Shown piece by piece: positions 48,044 to 57,074 of a stretch of 64,000 bases of DNA. Numbering within the stretch: the stretch's first letter is position 1; every line of letters begins with the position of its first letter. A model generated the notes under the pieces. The model was not told the DNA's origin and searched no databases. It saw nothing but the letters and a program-made list of their open reading frames with translations. Made by a program: the position numbers and the translations under genes. Source of the stretch: an uncultured Erysipelotrichaceae bacterium (GTDB taxonomy: Bacteria > Bacillota_I > Bacilli_A > Erysipelotrichales > Erysipelotrichaceae). The stretch covers positions 1,165-65,164 of the forward strand of contig CATJXY010000018.1 in NCBI GenBank assembly GCA_949744505.1, read 5' to 3'.

Positions 48044-48643
48044 ATGAAAGATATAGATGAAGTAAGAGAGAGGATTCAGGAAAGAAAAGGATTTTATTCA
48101 AGAGTTAATCAAAAGGATAAAAAACTCTCTTTTTTTAATTTTTTGTATTTTATCACAATTTTTTCTTTGATTGTTGGTGGATGTTATGTTGGGTATTTGA
48201 TTAATGAACAGAAACATTTTATTGATAATGAACGCTTGGTTAATACTGTTCAAAGTAAAATAAACGAATGGAATTTAGATAAATTTGTAGGATGGCTTCC
48301 ATTTGAAGGGTGGTTTAGAGGAGATTCAAAAGCAGTTAGTGAGATAATCAGCTATTCTCCATATCAAGATGATTATTTCTTTTCAGACAGTAATAGAGCT
48401 ATATCGATAGCAGATGGAATCGTTATTTATTGTGATGAGCAAGAAAGTGGTAAAATTGTGATGATAAAGCAAGATAATGGTGTAATTGCAACTTATGGGG
48501 CATTGCAAGAAATCCAATGCCATGAAAATGATCGTATTTTAAAGGGAACGGTGTTAGGAACTTATGAAGAAGCCATATTTTTGCAATTCCATCTGAATAG
48601 TAACAAGATTACTTATGAAGAAGCGTTGGCATTGGGAAATTAA
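48044..48643 (+). CDS. spoIVFA: SpoIVFA-like protein (membrane-anchored degenerate LytM/M23 domain)
   Basis: One TM helix and a C-terminal M23-like beta domain (DGIVIY...GKIVMIKQDNGVIATYG) without an intact HxxxD/HxH set. It lies directly upstream of, and overlaps, spoIVFB. Confidence 0.65.
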   Translation: MKDIDEVRERIQERKGFYSRVNQKDKKLSFFNFLYFITIFSLIVGGCYVGYLINEQKHFIDNERLVNTVQSKINEWNLDKFVGWLPFEGWFRGDSKAVSEIISYSPYQDDYFFSDSNRAISIADGIVIYCDEQESGKIVMIKQDNGVIATYGALQEIQCHENDRILKGTVLGTYEEAIFLQFHLNSNKITYEEALALGN

Positions 48644-49415
48644 AATTCCGATTCTGACTTTAGTTTATTTTGTTATTATGATTGGTAGTGGTATGTTTAA
48701 AAGTTGTTTTTTTCTGTTTATGATTATTTCTTTTCATGAAATGTGCCATTGTATCGCAGCGACTCTTTTAAAAATGAAAGTCGAAGCAATAACAATATAT
48801 CCATTTGGGATGCAAGCCAATATTCAGAATCTTGGATTTTATTCAAGCTTTAAAGAATTAATTGTTCTAATAGCTGGACCTATGACACATTTGATAAATC
48901 CGTTTATTTTTGCTTTTTTACTTAATTTGGGAGTTATTTCACCATCTATGCAAAGTTGGCTTCTAAACATAAATAAGGGAATGTTAATCATGAATCTTTT
49001 ACCCATTTATCCTTTAGATGGGGGAAGGATCATAAATGAAATCATTCATTTATTTTTTCCATATAGTATCAGTGAGAAAATAACATACAGCCTATCATTT
49101 GTTAATTTGATATTTCTTTTATTTAGTAAGACAATGAATGATGCAGCAGGTTTTGTCGTTATGATGTTTATTTGGTTCAATCTTATTAAATCGATGAAAG
49201 ATTTATCAATTGTTAAACGACAATTTTATCGATTTCGATTAAATCATGAAAATTCAAATAAAAAACGAATTCATTCTTATAATGATTTGTACAAAAATTC
49301 ATATAATCAATTTCGTGACGGATCAAATCTAATTGAAGAGAAAGATTGGCTATTACAACAATTTCATGAAAACTCGCAACAAATACTACAAAAAAACCTC
49401 AACGGTATGCTATAA
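48615..49415 (+). CDS. spoIVFB: site-2 metalloprotease SpoIVFB (pro-sigma-K processing)
   Basis: HEMCH (HExxH) within a TM segment and NLLPIYPLDGGRI (the LDG motif). Confidence 0.8.
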   Translation: MKKRWHWEIKIPILTLVYFVIMIGSGMFKSCFFLFMIISFHEMCHCIAATLLKMKVEAITIYPFGMQANIQNLGFYSSFKELIVLIAGPMTHLINPFIFAFLLNLGVISPSMQSWLLNINKGMLIMNLLPIYPLDGGRIINEIIHLFFPYSISEKITYSLSFVNLIFLLFSKTMNDAAGFVVMMFIWFNLIKSMKDLSIVKRQFYRFRLNHENSNKKRIHSYNDLYKNSYNQFRDGSNLIEEKDWLLQQFHENSQQILQKNLNGML

Positions 49416-49438
49416 TAGTTACGGAATGTGAGGTTAGT

Positions 49439-50470
49439 ATGAAAAGAAAAATTATTTGTTGTATTCTGTGCTTGCTAATGCTTACAGGAATGAGTGCATG
49501 TCAAAGTGTTAAAACAAAAGTTTGCTATACTGTTTATCCAATTGGCTATATTTTAGACAGAATAACCGGTCAGAAGATTGAAACAGTTTCAATACAAAGC
49601 GAAGATTCAATTCAGGTTGCTCAGATGAACAGTAATTATTTGGAAGAACTTGAAGATGCAGGAGTTTTCATTTATTTGGGACAACTTGAACCGTATTTGA
49701 CTTTGTATAACGATTCCATTGAAAAAATGGAAATTGATTTTTTAGATCTTTCTATTAATAATGCATTTTCTCGTTTTCAACGCTATACTCGGGTAGTTCA
49801 AGATGGACAAGAGAGTTTCATTGAAAGCTCTTATTATAAACCGGATGCATTTGCTTCTGTTGATGTTAATGAAATGGATCTTGCGTTATGGATGAATCCG
49901 GTTTCAATGATCTCTATGGCAAAAGAAATCATGGAATGGCTTGTTGAAAAAAGTCCGGAGAATGAAGCTTATTTTAAAGAACGATATGATGCTCTTCAAG
50001 CTGATTTGATTTTATTGGATAGTGAATTTGAGGATTTATCCCGCAGGCTTGTTTCTGAGAAAAAAGAGATTAAATTTGTATCTATGTCTTCGTGCTTTGG
50101 TAATTGGCAATCTTATGGAATTCAGGTATATCCAGTTATTATGAGTAAGTATGGTGTTTTGCCAACAGATGCTCAATTAGAAGTAATCATTAATAAGATT
50201 ATGGAAGATGAAGTAAAATACATCGCTTATGAACCGAATTTAGATGAAGAAGCACGAGCTTTATATGAAAGATTAAGAGACGAATTGGGATTGGTAGAAG
50301 TGAATTTAAGCAATGTTTCATCTTTATCTGCATCAGAGAAAGAATCCGGTGCTGATTATTTGTCAATCATGTATCAAAACTTGGATATTTTGGAATCAAT
50401 GATGAATGACCAAGTTCAACCGGAAACGGAACTTCCGGAAGATGAACAAGAAAGTGAGGAAGAGAGCTGA
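49439..50470 (+). CDS. ZnuA/TroA-fold substrate-binding-like lipoprotein lacking canonical metal ligands
   Basis: Lipobox LTGMSAC. Cluster A-I SBP-like blocks are present (YTVYPIGY, DLALWMNP, YEPNLDE), but the usual His residues are replaced. The C-terminus is acidic. Confidence 0.55.
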   Translation: MKRKIICCILCLLMLTGMSACQSVKTKVCYTVYPIGYILDRITGQKIETVSIQSEDSIQVAQMNSNYLEELEDAGVFIYLGQLEPYLTLYNDSIEKMEIDFLDLSINNAFSRFQRYTRVVQDGQESFIESSYYKPDAFASVDVNEMDLALWMNPVSMISMAKEIMEWLVEKSPENEAYFKERYDALQADLILLDSEFEDLSRRLVSEKKEIKFVSMSSCFGNWQSYGIQVYPVIMSKYGVLPTDAQLEVIINKIMEDEVKYIAYEPNLDEEARALYERLRDELGLVEVNLSNVSSLSASEKESGADYLSIMYQNLDILESMMNDQVQPETELPEDEQESEEES

Positions 50471-50490
50471 TTATATAATCAGCTTTTTTA
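50465..50490 (+). terminator. intrinsic terminator
   Basis: Stem AGCTGATTA/TAATCAGCT followed by TTTTT. Confidence 0.75.
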
Positions 50491-50500
50491 CATAAGTAAA

Positions 50501-50530
50501 AAAATAAAACAGGGTTTATGCCTGTTTTAT
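50501..50530 (-). terminator. intrinsic terminator after rbsK
   Basis: Stem AAAACAGG/CCTGTTTT, with a T-run on the minus strand. Confidence 0.65.
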
Positions 50531-50549
50531 ACTAAGAATAATTTATAAA

Positions 50550-51443
50550 TTATTTTAATTTTAAAAAATGAATGACTTCATCGTAAGAAGGGACACTAGA
50601 AGAAGCGCCTTCTTTTTGTATGCTTAATGCAGATGCAGCAGTTGCTGTTTTTAAACAATCTGAAATTGAACTGCCTTTTGCATAAGTGGCTAAATAATAT
50701 CCCATGAAAGTATCTCCGGCACCGACTGTATCCACAACATGATCAACAGTAAATGCTTTTTGCTCGAATTGCTCGTTTCCGTAAGATGCAACAGAACCGT
50801 TTTCACCAAGAGTAAGAACGATGGTTGCATGAGGATAGAGTTTTTTCATAGAAGTAAGAATTTTTTGTGGATCATCGTTTCCACATAATGCTTTTCCTTC
50901 TACTTCATTAATAAAAAAGAAATCTACTTTATTTAAAGGAAGATCTTTTAAATTCTCTTTAATAGGAGAGGGGTTAAAAGCAATTTTGATATTTTTTTGA
51001 TAAGCAAGTTCTATAATTTTATCAAGCTTACTTATCTCGTTTTGTAATACAAGCAAATCTCCTTTATCTAAAGAATTTATGGTTTCTTCAATCTGAGAAT
51101 CGGTAATTTGTTCGTTACTACCGGGATAAACGAGGATACTGTTTTGCCCATTATTATCTACTTGAATGATTGCATGTCCGTTTGGGCAATTTACTTTTTT
51201 AAGAAATTGAATATTAACATCATTATCTTTTAAGCTTTCAAGAAGTAAATCAGCATTTGTTCCGATGCATCCTGCCATATATACAGGAAAATTGGCTTTA
51301 CGAATGGCAATAGCTTGATTCATTCCTTTTCCGCCACAACTGATTTTAAGAGAATTACAACTCGCTGTTTCTTTTGGTAGATTGATATGATCAACATAAT
51401 AAGTCTGGTCAATGTTTAATGATCCAAATACACAAATTTTCAT
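50550..51443 (-). CDS. rbsK: ribokinase (PfkB family)
   Basis: SLNIDQ, GGKGMNQA and the C-terminal VDTVGAGDTF motif. Confidence 0.85.
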   Translation of the reverse strand: MKICVFGSLNIDQTYYVDHINLPKETASCNSLKISCGGKGMNQAIAIRKANFPVYMAGCIGTNADLLLESLKDNDVNIQFLKKVNCPNGHAIIQVDNNGQNSILVYPGSNEQITDSQIEETINSLDKGDLLVLQNEISKLDKIIELAYQKNIKIAFNPSPIKENLKDLPLNKVDFFFINEVEGKALCGNDDPQKILTSMKKLYPHATIVLTLGENGSVASYGNEQFEQKAFTVDHVVDTVGAGDTFMGYYLATYAKGSSISDCLKTATAASALSIQKEGASSSVPSYDEVIHFLKLK

Positions 51444-51530
51444 AATTATTACTCCTTATGATTATTATATCACAGGATATGGAAAGTTGAAGCAAGAAGT
51501 GTTAAAATAATGAAGAGAAAGGCTTTTGGT

Positions 51531-51947
51531 ATGAGAAAAAAACAAATATTAGTTATAGACGGACAAGGTGGAAAAATCGGTAAACAAATCATTGAAACGT
51601 TAAAGGAAACTTTTGAGAATATATTTATTACTGCAATCGGAACAAATGGTAATGCTACTGCATCTATGTTGAAAGCAGGGGCAGATCAGGGAGCAACAGG
51701 TGAAAATCCGGTCATCGTTGCGTGTAAAAAAGCAGATATAATTATCGGTCCAATCGGAATTGTTGTTGCAGATTCTCTTTTAGGAGAGATAAGCGAAAAA
51801 ATGGCCATTGCAGTTGGAAAAAGTGATGCAATAAAGATTTTGATACCAATTAATCGGTGCAATAACATTATAGTCGGTGTTACGATTGATTCAATCGGTA
51901 AGTTGATAGATGAAACGATGGAACAATTGAAAGTATATTTAGATTGA
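51531..51947 (+). CDS. DUF3842-like protein
   Basis: ILVIDGQGGKIGKQII...AIGTNGNATASMLKAGA pattern. The family name is recalled from memory, not verified. Confidence 0.5.
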   Translation: MRKKQILVIDGQGGKIGKQIIETLKETFENIFITAIGTNGNATASMLKAGADQGATGENPVIVACKKADIIIGPIGIVVADSLLGEISEKMAIAVGKSDAIKILIPINRCNNIIVGVTIDSIGKLIDETMEQLKVYLD

Positions 51948-52033
51948 CAATTTTCTTTTAATCTTGTATTCTATAAATATGTTCAGCATGAAGCTGATAA
52001 GCGAAGATTAATTTAGTGAATGAAACCATGAAG

Positions 52034-52070
52034 GTATTTGAATACAGAAGTGTTCGGATACTTTTTGTTT
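52034..52070 (+). terminator. leader terminator/attenuator hairpin upstream of the ECF S-component
   Basis: Stem GTATTTGAA/TTCGGATAC (two G-U pairs), a 10-nt loop, then TTTTTGTTT. It lies between a TTGACA box (51943) and the RBS GAAGGAGGA. Confidence 0.45.
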
Positions 52071-52091
52071 GCTTTTGAAGGAGGATTTTGT

Positions 52092-52610
52092 ATGAAAAAT
52101 GTTAAGCAAATGACTTTGGCGGCGCTTTTTTTAGCACTTGCTCTTATTCTTCCGTTTTTAACAGGTCAAATTCCACAGATTGGATCGATGCTTTGTCCTA
52201 TGCATTTTCCTGTTTTAATTTGTGGATTTGTTTGTGGGCCTATTTATGGTGGTATAGTAGGATTTGCATCACCACTTTTAAGACATTTGCTATTTTCGAT
52301 GCCACCAATGCCTGCTGGGATTGCGATGGCTTTTGAATTAGCTGCTTATGGCTTTGTTGCCGGATTCCTATATAATAAGCTTTCTAAAACAAAAATTAAT
52401 ATTTTTGCATCGCTGATTTCGGCGATGATAATTGGAAGGGGTGTTTGGGGAATTGTTCGATGTGTTATGGCAGGCATGAATTCTATTCCTTTTGGGTTTG
52501 AAATGTTTGTTGCCGGAGCGATAACGCAAGCGATTCCGGGAATTGTTTTACAGCTTATTCTTATTCCGGCTATTATTCTTACTTTAAGAAGAGCTCACTT
52601 GATGGATTGA
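52092..52610 (+). CDS. ECF transporter S component (substrate unknown)
   Basis: 172 aa with six hydrophobic helices and the pattern MHFPVLICGFVCGP typical of ECF S proteins. I chose the ATG at 52092 after GAAGGAGGA. Confidence 0.7.
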   Translation: MKNVKQMTLAALFLALALILPFLTGQIPQIGSMLCPMHFPVLICGFVCGPIYGGIVGFASPLLRHLLFSMPPMPAGIAMAFELAAYGFVAGFLYNKLSKTKINIFASLISAMIIGRGVWGIVRCVMAGMNSIPFGFEMFVAGAITQAIPGIVLQLILIPAIILTLRRAHLMD

Positions 52611-52711
52611 AATTATAAAAAGTAAAAGAGTTTTAAAAAAGATTTGAAGTCTATCTGAAAAATGTTAAAATAGGGAAGAAAAATAATTTGCATTTAAATG
52701 GAGAAGAAAAC

Positions 52712-53599
52712 ATGGATAGATTGAAAAATTATTTTAATAAAGAAGAATTTTTAAAAAAAGATGTAAAAATGATCTTAATTGTTACGTTATCTGCATTATT
52801 TTATTCTTTTGGATATCAAGCATTTGTTACAAAAGGAAACCTATATCCCGGTGGCTTTGCGGGAATAAGTACATTAATTGTAAGATTGTTGGATAAAAAT
52901 CTAAATATTCAAGTCTCTTTTGGTCTTTTATATTTATTATTAAATGTTGGTCCAACAATTCTTGTATTCAAAGTAGTCGGAAAAAGATTTGCGCTTTACT
53001 CGATTTTACATTATGTACTGGTATCGTTTTTTACAAACATTATTCCACTCATTACGATAACAGATGATATTCTTCTTCTAGTTGTATTTGGAGGATTTAT
53101 TACTGGATTTTCAATATCGTTAGCACTCCGTGTAGGAGCTTCATCCGGAGGATTGGATTTTGTATCAATATATCTCTCTACTAAATCCAATCAACCATCA
53201 TGGGGGATTACGTTTGCAATCAATGCTATTATCTTGATATTGGCTGGATTATCTTTTGGTTGGGATACAGCATTCTATTCGATTATATTTCAATTTGTTA
53301 ATACACAAGTGGTTTCTCATTATCATACACGTTACAAATATGATACATTGTATATTATTACGACGAAACCGGATGAAATTGCAGAGGGTATTTTTCATAT
53401 TATGGATCATGGTGTAACAAAGTTTTGGGGAGAAGGAGGTTACTCAAAAACGCCAAAATGTTTATTATTGATTACTGTTAATCAATTTGAAGTAAATGAA
53501 GTTCTTCATGTGACTCGTGAGATTGATCCGAAAGCATTTATTACAATGGCAAAAACAGAGCGAATCGTAGGTAACTATGTTCAACGGAAATATGATTAA
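52712..53599 (+). CDS. YitT family membrane protein (with C-terminal DUF2179)
   Basis: Five TM helices (GGFAGIS, SSGGLDF) followed by a soluble C-terminal domain. Confidence 0.75.
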   Translation: MDRLKNYFNKEEFLKKDVKMILIVTLSALFYSFGYQAFVTKGNLYPGGFAGISTLIVRLLDKNLNIQVSFGLLYLLLNVGPTILVFKVVGKRFALYSILHYVLVSFFTNIIPLITITDDILLLVVFGGFITGFSISLALRVGASSGGLDFVSIYLSTKSNQPSWGITFAINAIILILAGLSFGWDTAFYSIIFQFVNTQVVSHYHTRYKYDTLYIITTKPDEIAEGIFHIMDHGVTKFWGEGGYSKTPKCLLLITVNQFEVNEVLHVTREIDPKAFITMAKTERIVGNYVQRKYD

Positions 53600-53610
53600 G
53601 GAAATTGAAA

Positions 53611-53880
53611 ATGCGCGAAATTAATTCATTTGAAGAAGCAATATTTCTTTTAAAGTCAAATACTACAATCGTTCAATTTTCAAATGGGATGACTGTTTAT
53701 TTCGCATTAAAAGATGAAAGAATAAAAGTATTTGGTAAAAATGCAAATTATACGTTAGATGAAGATACATTTAAGAGTTTATTCAAAAACGAGAAGTTTT
53801 ATGAAGTTGAACCAAAACTTAAAGAAGATCAAATATCAATTTTGAAGGATGAAGAATATTATAATTGGAAACATAAATAA
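53611..53880 (+). CDS. small hypothetical protein
   Basis: 89-aa ORF close behind the yitT-like gene. I recognised no motif. Confidence 0.4.
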   Translation: MREINSFEEAIFLLKSNTTIVQFSNGMTVYFALKDERIKVFGKNANYTLDEDTFKSLFKNEKFYEVEPKLKEDQISILKDEEYYNWKHK

Positions 53881-53990
53881 GACAATTCAAAAGGGGATAA
53901 CAAAGTTGTTGTTCCTTTTTTGTTTCATTTTATGTGAAATGATGTATAATTATAAATAAATCTGCTTCGGCAGTTAGAAAAGAGGAATTT

Positions 53991-54752
53991 ATGAAACCTA
54001 TTTTATTTTCAATAGGAAGTTTACATATAAATGGTTATGGTCTGATGATTGCATTAGGACTCTTGATTGCAGAATCTTTAGCTGAAAGAAAAGCAAAAAA
54101 AGAAGGAATCTCTTCTGCCCCGATTCTTTCTTTGGTATTAGTTGCTATTTTTTCGGGACTTTTAGGGGCAAAGCTTTTGTATTGGATTACGATTTGGGAT
54201 AAGGTTCTTGCGAATCCGGCAATTTTGCTTGATTTTGGTAATGGATTTGTGGTTTATGGTTCTATAATCGGAGCTTTTGTCGGTGCATTAATTTATTGTC
54301 GTATAAAGAAAATCGATCTTTTAACTTACCTTGATTTGATTATTCCATATGCAGCTCTAACACAAGCATTTGGACGAATTGGTTGCTTTTTGGCTGGTTG
54401 TTGTTATGGTTTTGAAACACATGCATGGTATGCAATTGTATTTAAAGAAAGCGTATTAGCACCTAATAATGTGCCGCTTTTTCCATCACAATTATTATAT
54501 TGTGTGGCAAATTTGCTTCACTTCTTGATACTTCTTTATTGTTATAAGAAATGTAAGTTTAAGGGGCAGGTTTTTTCAATTTACTTAATATTCTATAGTA
54601 TTGGTAGATATTTGCTTGAATATGTGAGAGGAGACTTGATTCGTGGTAGTGTCGGAGTCTTCTCAACATCTCAATTTATTTCTTTATTTATATTTGTGTT
54701 TGGAATTGTCGGATTTATATATTTCTCTAAAAAAGGAAAAGAAACTAAATAA
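53991..54752 (+). CDS. lgt: prolipoprotein diacylglyceryl transferase
   Basis: HINGYGLMIALG, GRIGCFLAGCCYG, and the RYLLEYVRGD pattern. Confidence 0.9.
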   Translation: MKPILFSIGSLHINGYGLMIALGLLIAESLAERKAKKEGISSAPILSLVLVAIFSGLLGAKLLYWITIWDKVLANPAILLDFGNGFVVYGSIIGAFVGALIYCRIKKIDLLTYLDLIIPYAALTQAFGRIGCFLAGCCYGFETHAWYAIVFKESVLAPNNVPLFPSQLLYCVANLLHFLILLYCYKKCKFKGQVFSIYLIFYSIGRYLLEYVRGDLIRGSVGVFSTSQFISLFIFVFGIVGFIYFSKKGKETK

Positions 54753-54763
54753 GGAGAACCAAT

Positions 54764-55771
54764 GTGAAAAATCATGATATTGTTTTATGGAGAGATGAGG
54801 GAGAAGTAAGGTCGATTTGTTTATATTTGTTTTCATACTCAGCGAGCGATATAGAGAGTATCGTTTATGAATTGCAAGAACAACTTCAGTGTGAAGTAAA
54901 TTATGAAAATGAGCTTAAAATTGATTCAAAGTTTATCTATTTATTTAACGTATTGGGATGTACGGAAAATTTGAATTGGATTCAATTGAAAAGTAATGAG
55001 GAAAAACTTTCTCAAGATGATTTGTATATTTTAAAAAAAGTAGAGCAATATCTTATTTTGAAAGAGAAAAAGAGAGTTTTGGTAGATGTTCCTATATGGG
55101 ATAGGATGCTGAAAGAATTTCTTTTTGAGGAATTTTATGAGATAAAAGATAAGAAAATACTAGATTTTGGATGTGGTGAAGGATATCTTGCGGGATTTCT
55201 TTCTCAATCAAATCAGGTTGTTGCAATGGATCCAAATATTGAAAAATTAAAGGGAACGTATGATTCCCGTAATTTGAAATTTATTCAGGGTGATGAAAGT
55301 ATCTTGGAAACTTTAGATGAAAAATTTGATTTGATAATATGTCATAATGTTCTGGAATATGTGGCAAATCAAAAAAAGACAGTTCAATGTCTTGCGAAAC
55401 ATTTAAAAAAGGATGGAAGAATATCAATCATTAAACATAATCGTCCTGGTAGAGTCATGCAAATGGCGGTTTTATTGAATAACTTTGGTCATGCTAATGA
55501 ATTGTTGGATGGAAAAAATTCAAATGCTCAGCAGTTTGGCACAATTCAGTATTATGAAGATGAAAGTTTAATTCACTGGGTAGATTCGTTATCTATAGCT
55601 CGTACAAGAGGATTTAGAGCTTTTTATGATTTACAACAAAATCAAACATGCCATTCTGAAGAAAATTGGCAAAAACAAATGTTAAATTTAGAAAAAAGAG
55701 TTATGGAAATAGAACCGTATCGTTCCATTTCATTTTTTCATATTTTAGATCTTGAATTTAAAGATCAATAA
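54764..55771 (+). CDS. class I SAM-dependent methyltransferase with an unknown N-terminal domain
   Basis: SAM motif I ILDFGCGEGYL and an acidic motif II DLIICHNVLEY. Confidence 0.7.
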   Translation: MKNHDIVLWRDEGEVRSICLYLFSYSASDIESIVYELQEQLQCEVNYENELKIDSKFIYLFNVLGCTENLNWIQLKSNEEKLSQDDLYILKKVEQYLILKEKKRVLVDVPIWDRMLKEFLFEEFYEIKDKKILDFGCGEGYLAGFLSQSNQVVAMDPNIEKLKGTYDSRNLKFIQGDESILETLDEKFDLIICHNVLEYVANQKKTVQCLAKHLKKDGRISIIKHNRPGRVMQMAVLLNNFGHANELLDGKNSNAQQFGTIQYYEDESLIHWVDSLSIARTRGFRAFYDLQQNQTCHSEENWQKQMLNLEKRVMEIEPYRSISFFHILDLEFKDQ

Positions 55772-55787
55772 AAAATTGGAGGAAATT

Positions 55788-57059
55788 ATGAAGAAATATT
55801 TACTTATTCTTTTTGTACTATGTATATTGATGTATGGCTGTAAATTTGATAGGAAAACAGAACAAAGTAGCGAGGAACATGTTCAGTCAAGTATGCAACA
55901 AACCGAGAATACAATGCCTGTTTATTCTTTATTGACATCCTATGATGATATTTATAATAGCTATACAAAAGAAGCGATTGATCTGTATGATCAAGTTTAT
56001 GATACAAACTACAGTGAGGAAAAAATTCTTTCATTTGCCGGAAGAGAAATACCGGAGGTATCGTTAACTGATATCAATGGGAATCGAGTAAATGTTGCTG
56101 ATTTAAAGAATAAGAGAGTAATTTATGAGTTTGCTGCTTCTTATTGCAGTCATTGTAAAAATGTATCTAAAGAAGTAATGGAAGAAATCATGAATGAAAA
56201 CGAAGATGTAATATTTATTCAGATTTTTATCAATGGTGATAGTGAAAGTGTTCGTGAATTTTACGAAGATATCAATAAAGAGATTCCAGATGAATTAATA
56301 GTTGTGCCAAGAGAAAGCCAGGTTATTACATTAGTGGAAGGATTGGGACTTGAATATCTTCCTAGCTTAGTTTTTCAGGATGAATTTGGAAAAGTGAGCT
56401 GGTTTCATCAGGGAGATACGACAGTAAATGAAATGAGAAAAGCTATTGAATGCGCTTTTGGTCCAAAGAAGATTTATGAAATGATAAAAGACGGAATATC
56501 ATCACAGAATGACTTCATTCTCACTTATAAGGATGTAAAAGCACATTTTGAAGAAGAAACGATTTCATTAATTGAAGATGTTTTTCATGGAGAAGAGATT
56601 GATTTCTATGGGAATTTAGGAAATTCATTTTATATGGATACGATTAAGACTTTAAATAAAGAAAAAATTGAAACGAGTTATTTCATAAATAAGAAGACGG
56701 TATATATCATTGTTTTTGCAGATGAAGAAAAGGAAAAACAGACTAAAGATATTGAAAATTATAAGCGTCTTTGTGAAAAGTATACTGATACTGAATTTGT
56801 ATTCGTGTTTAAGAGTACGGATACACAAGATATTTTTGAATATTACAGCCAAGTTAAAGACAAAATTAAAATTGCATACGATAAGAACGATTCTACTAGT
56901 TTAAATGATATTTATATTTCATCTGTGCCTCTTTATTTATTTGTAGATGAGAATAATAGAATTTGTGGAACATGGGTTAATTCGGGTGATTTTGAAGAAT
57001 TTGATAAAGCATATCAGTTGTTTTACTCAGATGTTCCGCTTTATGAAAGAATAAAATAG
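55788..57059 (+). CDS. lipoprotein with tandem thioredoxin-like (TlpA/ResA-type) domains
   Basis: Lipobox LMYGC and the active site CSHC (56145-56156). The second half has Trx-fold-like spacing but no CxxC. Confidence 0.65.
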   Translation: MKKYLLILFVLCILMYGCKFDRKTEQSSEEHVQSSMQQTENTMPVYSLLTSYDDIYNSYTKEAIDLYDQVYDTNYSEEKILSFAGREIPEVSLTDINGNRVNVADLKNKRVIYEFAASYCSHCKNVSKEVMEEIMNENEDVIFIQIFINGDSESVREFYEDINKEIPDELIVVPRESQVITLVEGLGLEYLPSLVFQDEFGKVSWFHQGDTTVNEMRKAIECAFGPKKIYEMIKDGISSQNDFILTYKDVKAHFEEETISLIEDVFHGEEIDFYGNLGNSFYMDTIKTLNKEKIETSYFINKKTVYIIVFADEEKEKQTKDIENYKRLCEKYTDTEFVFVFKSTDTQDIFEYYSQVKDKIKIAYDKNDSTSLNDIYISSVPLYLFVDENNRICGTWVNSGDFEEFDKAYQLFYSDVPLYERIK

Positions 57060-57074
57060 AAGAGGTGAATGAAA

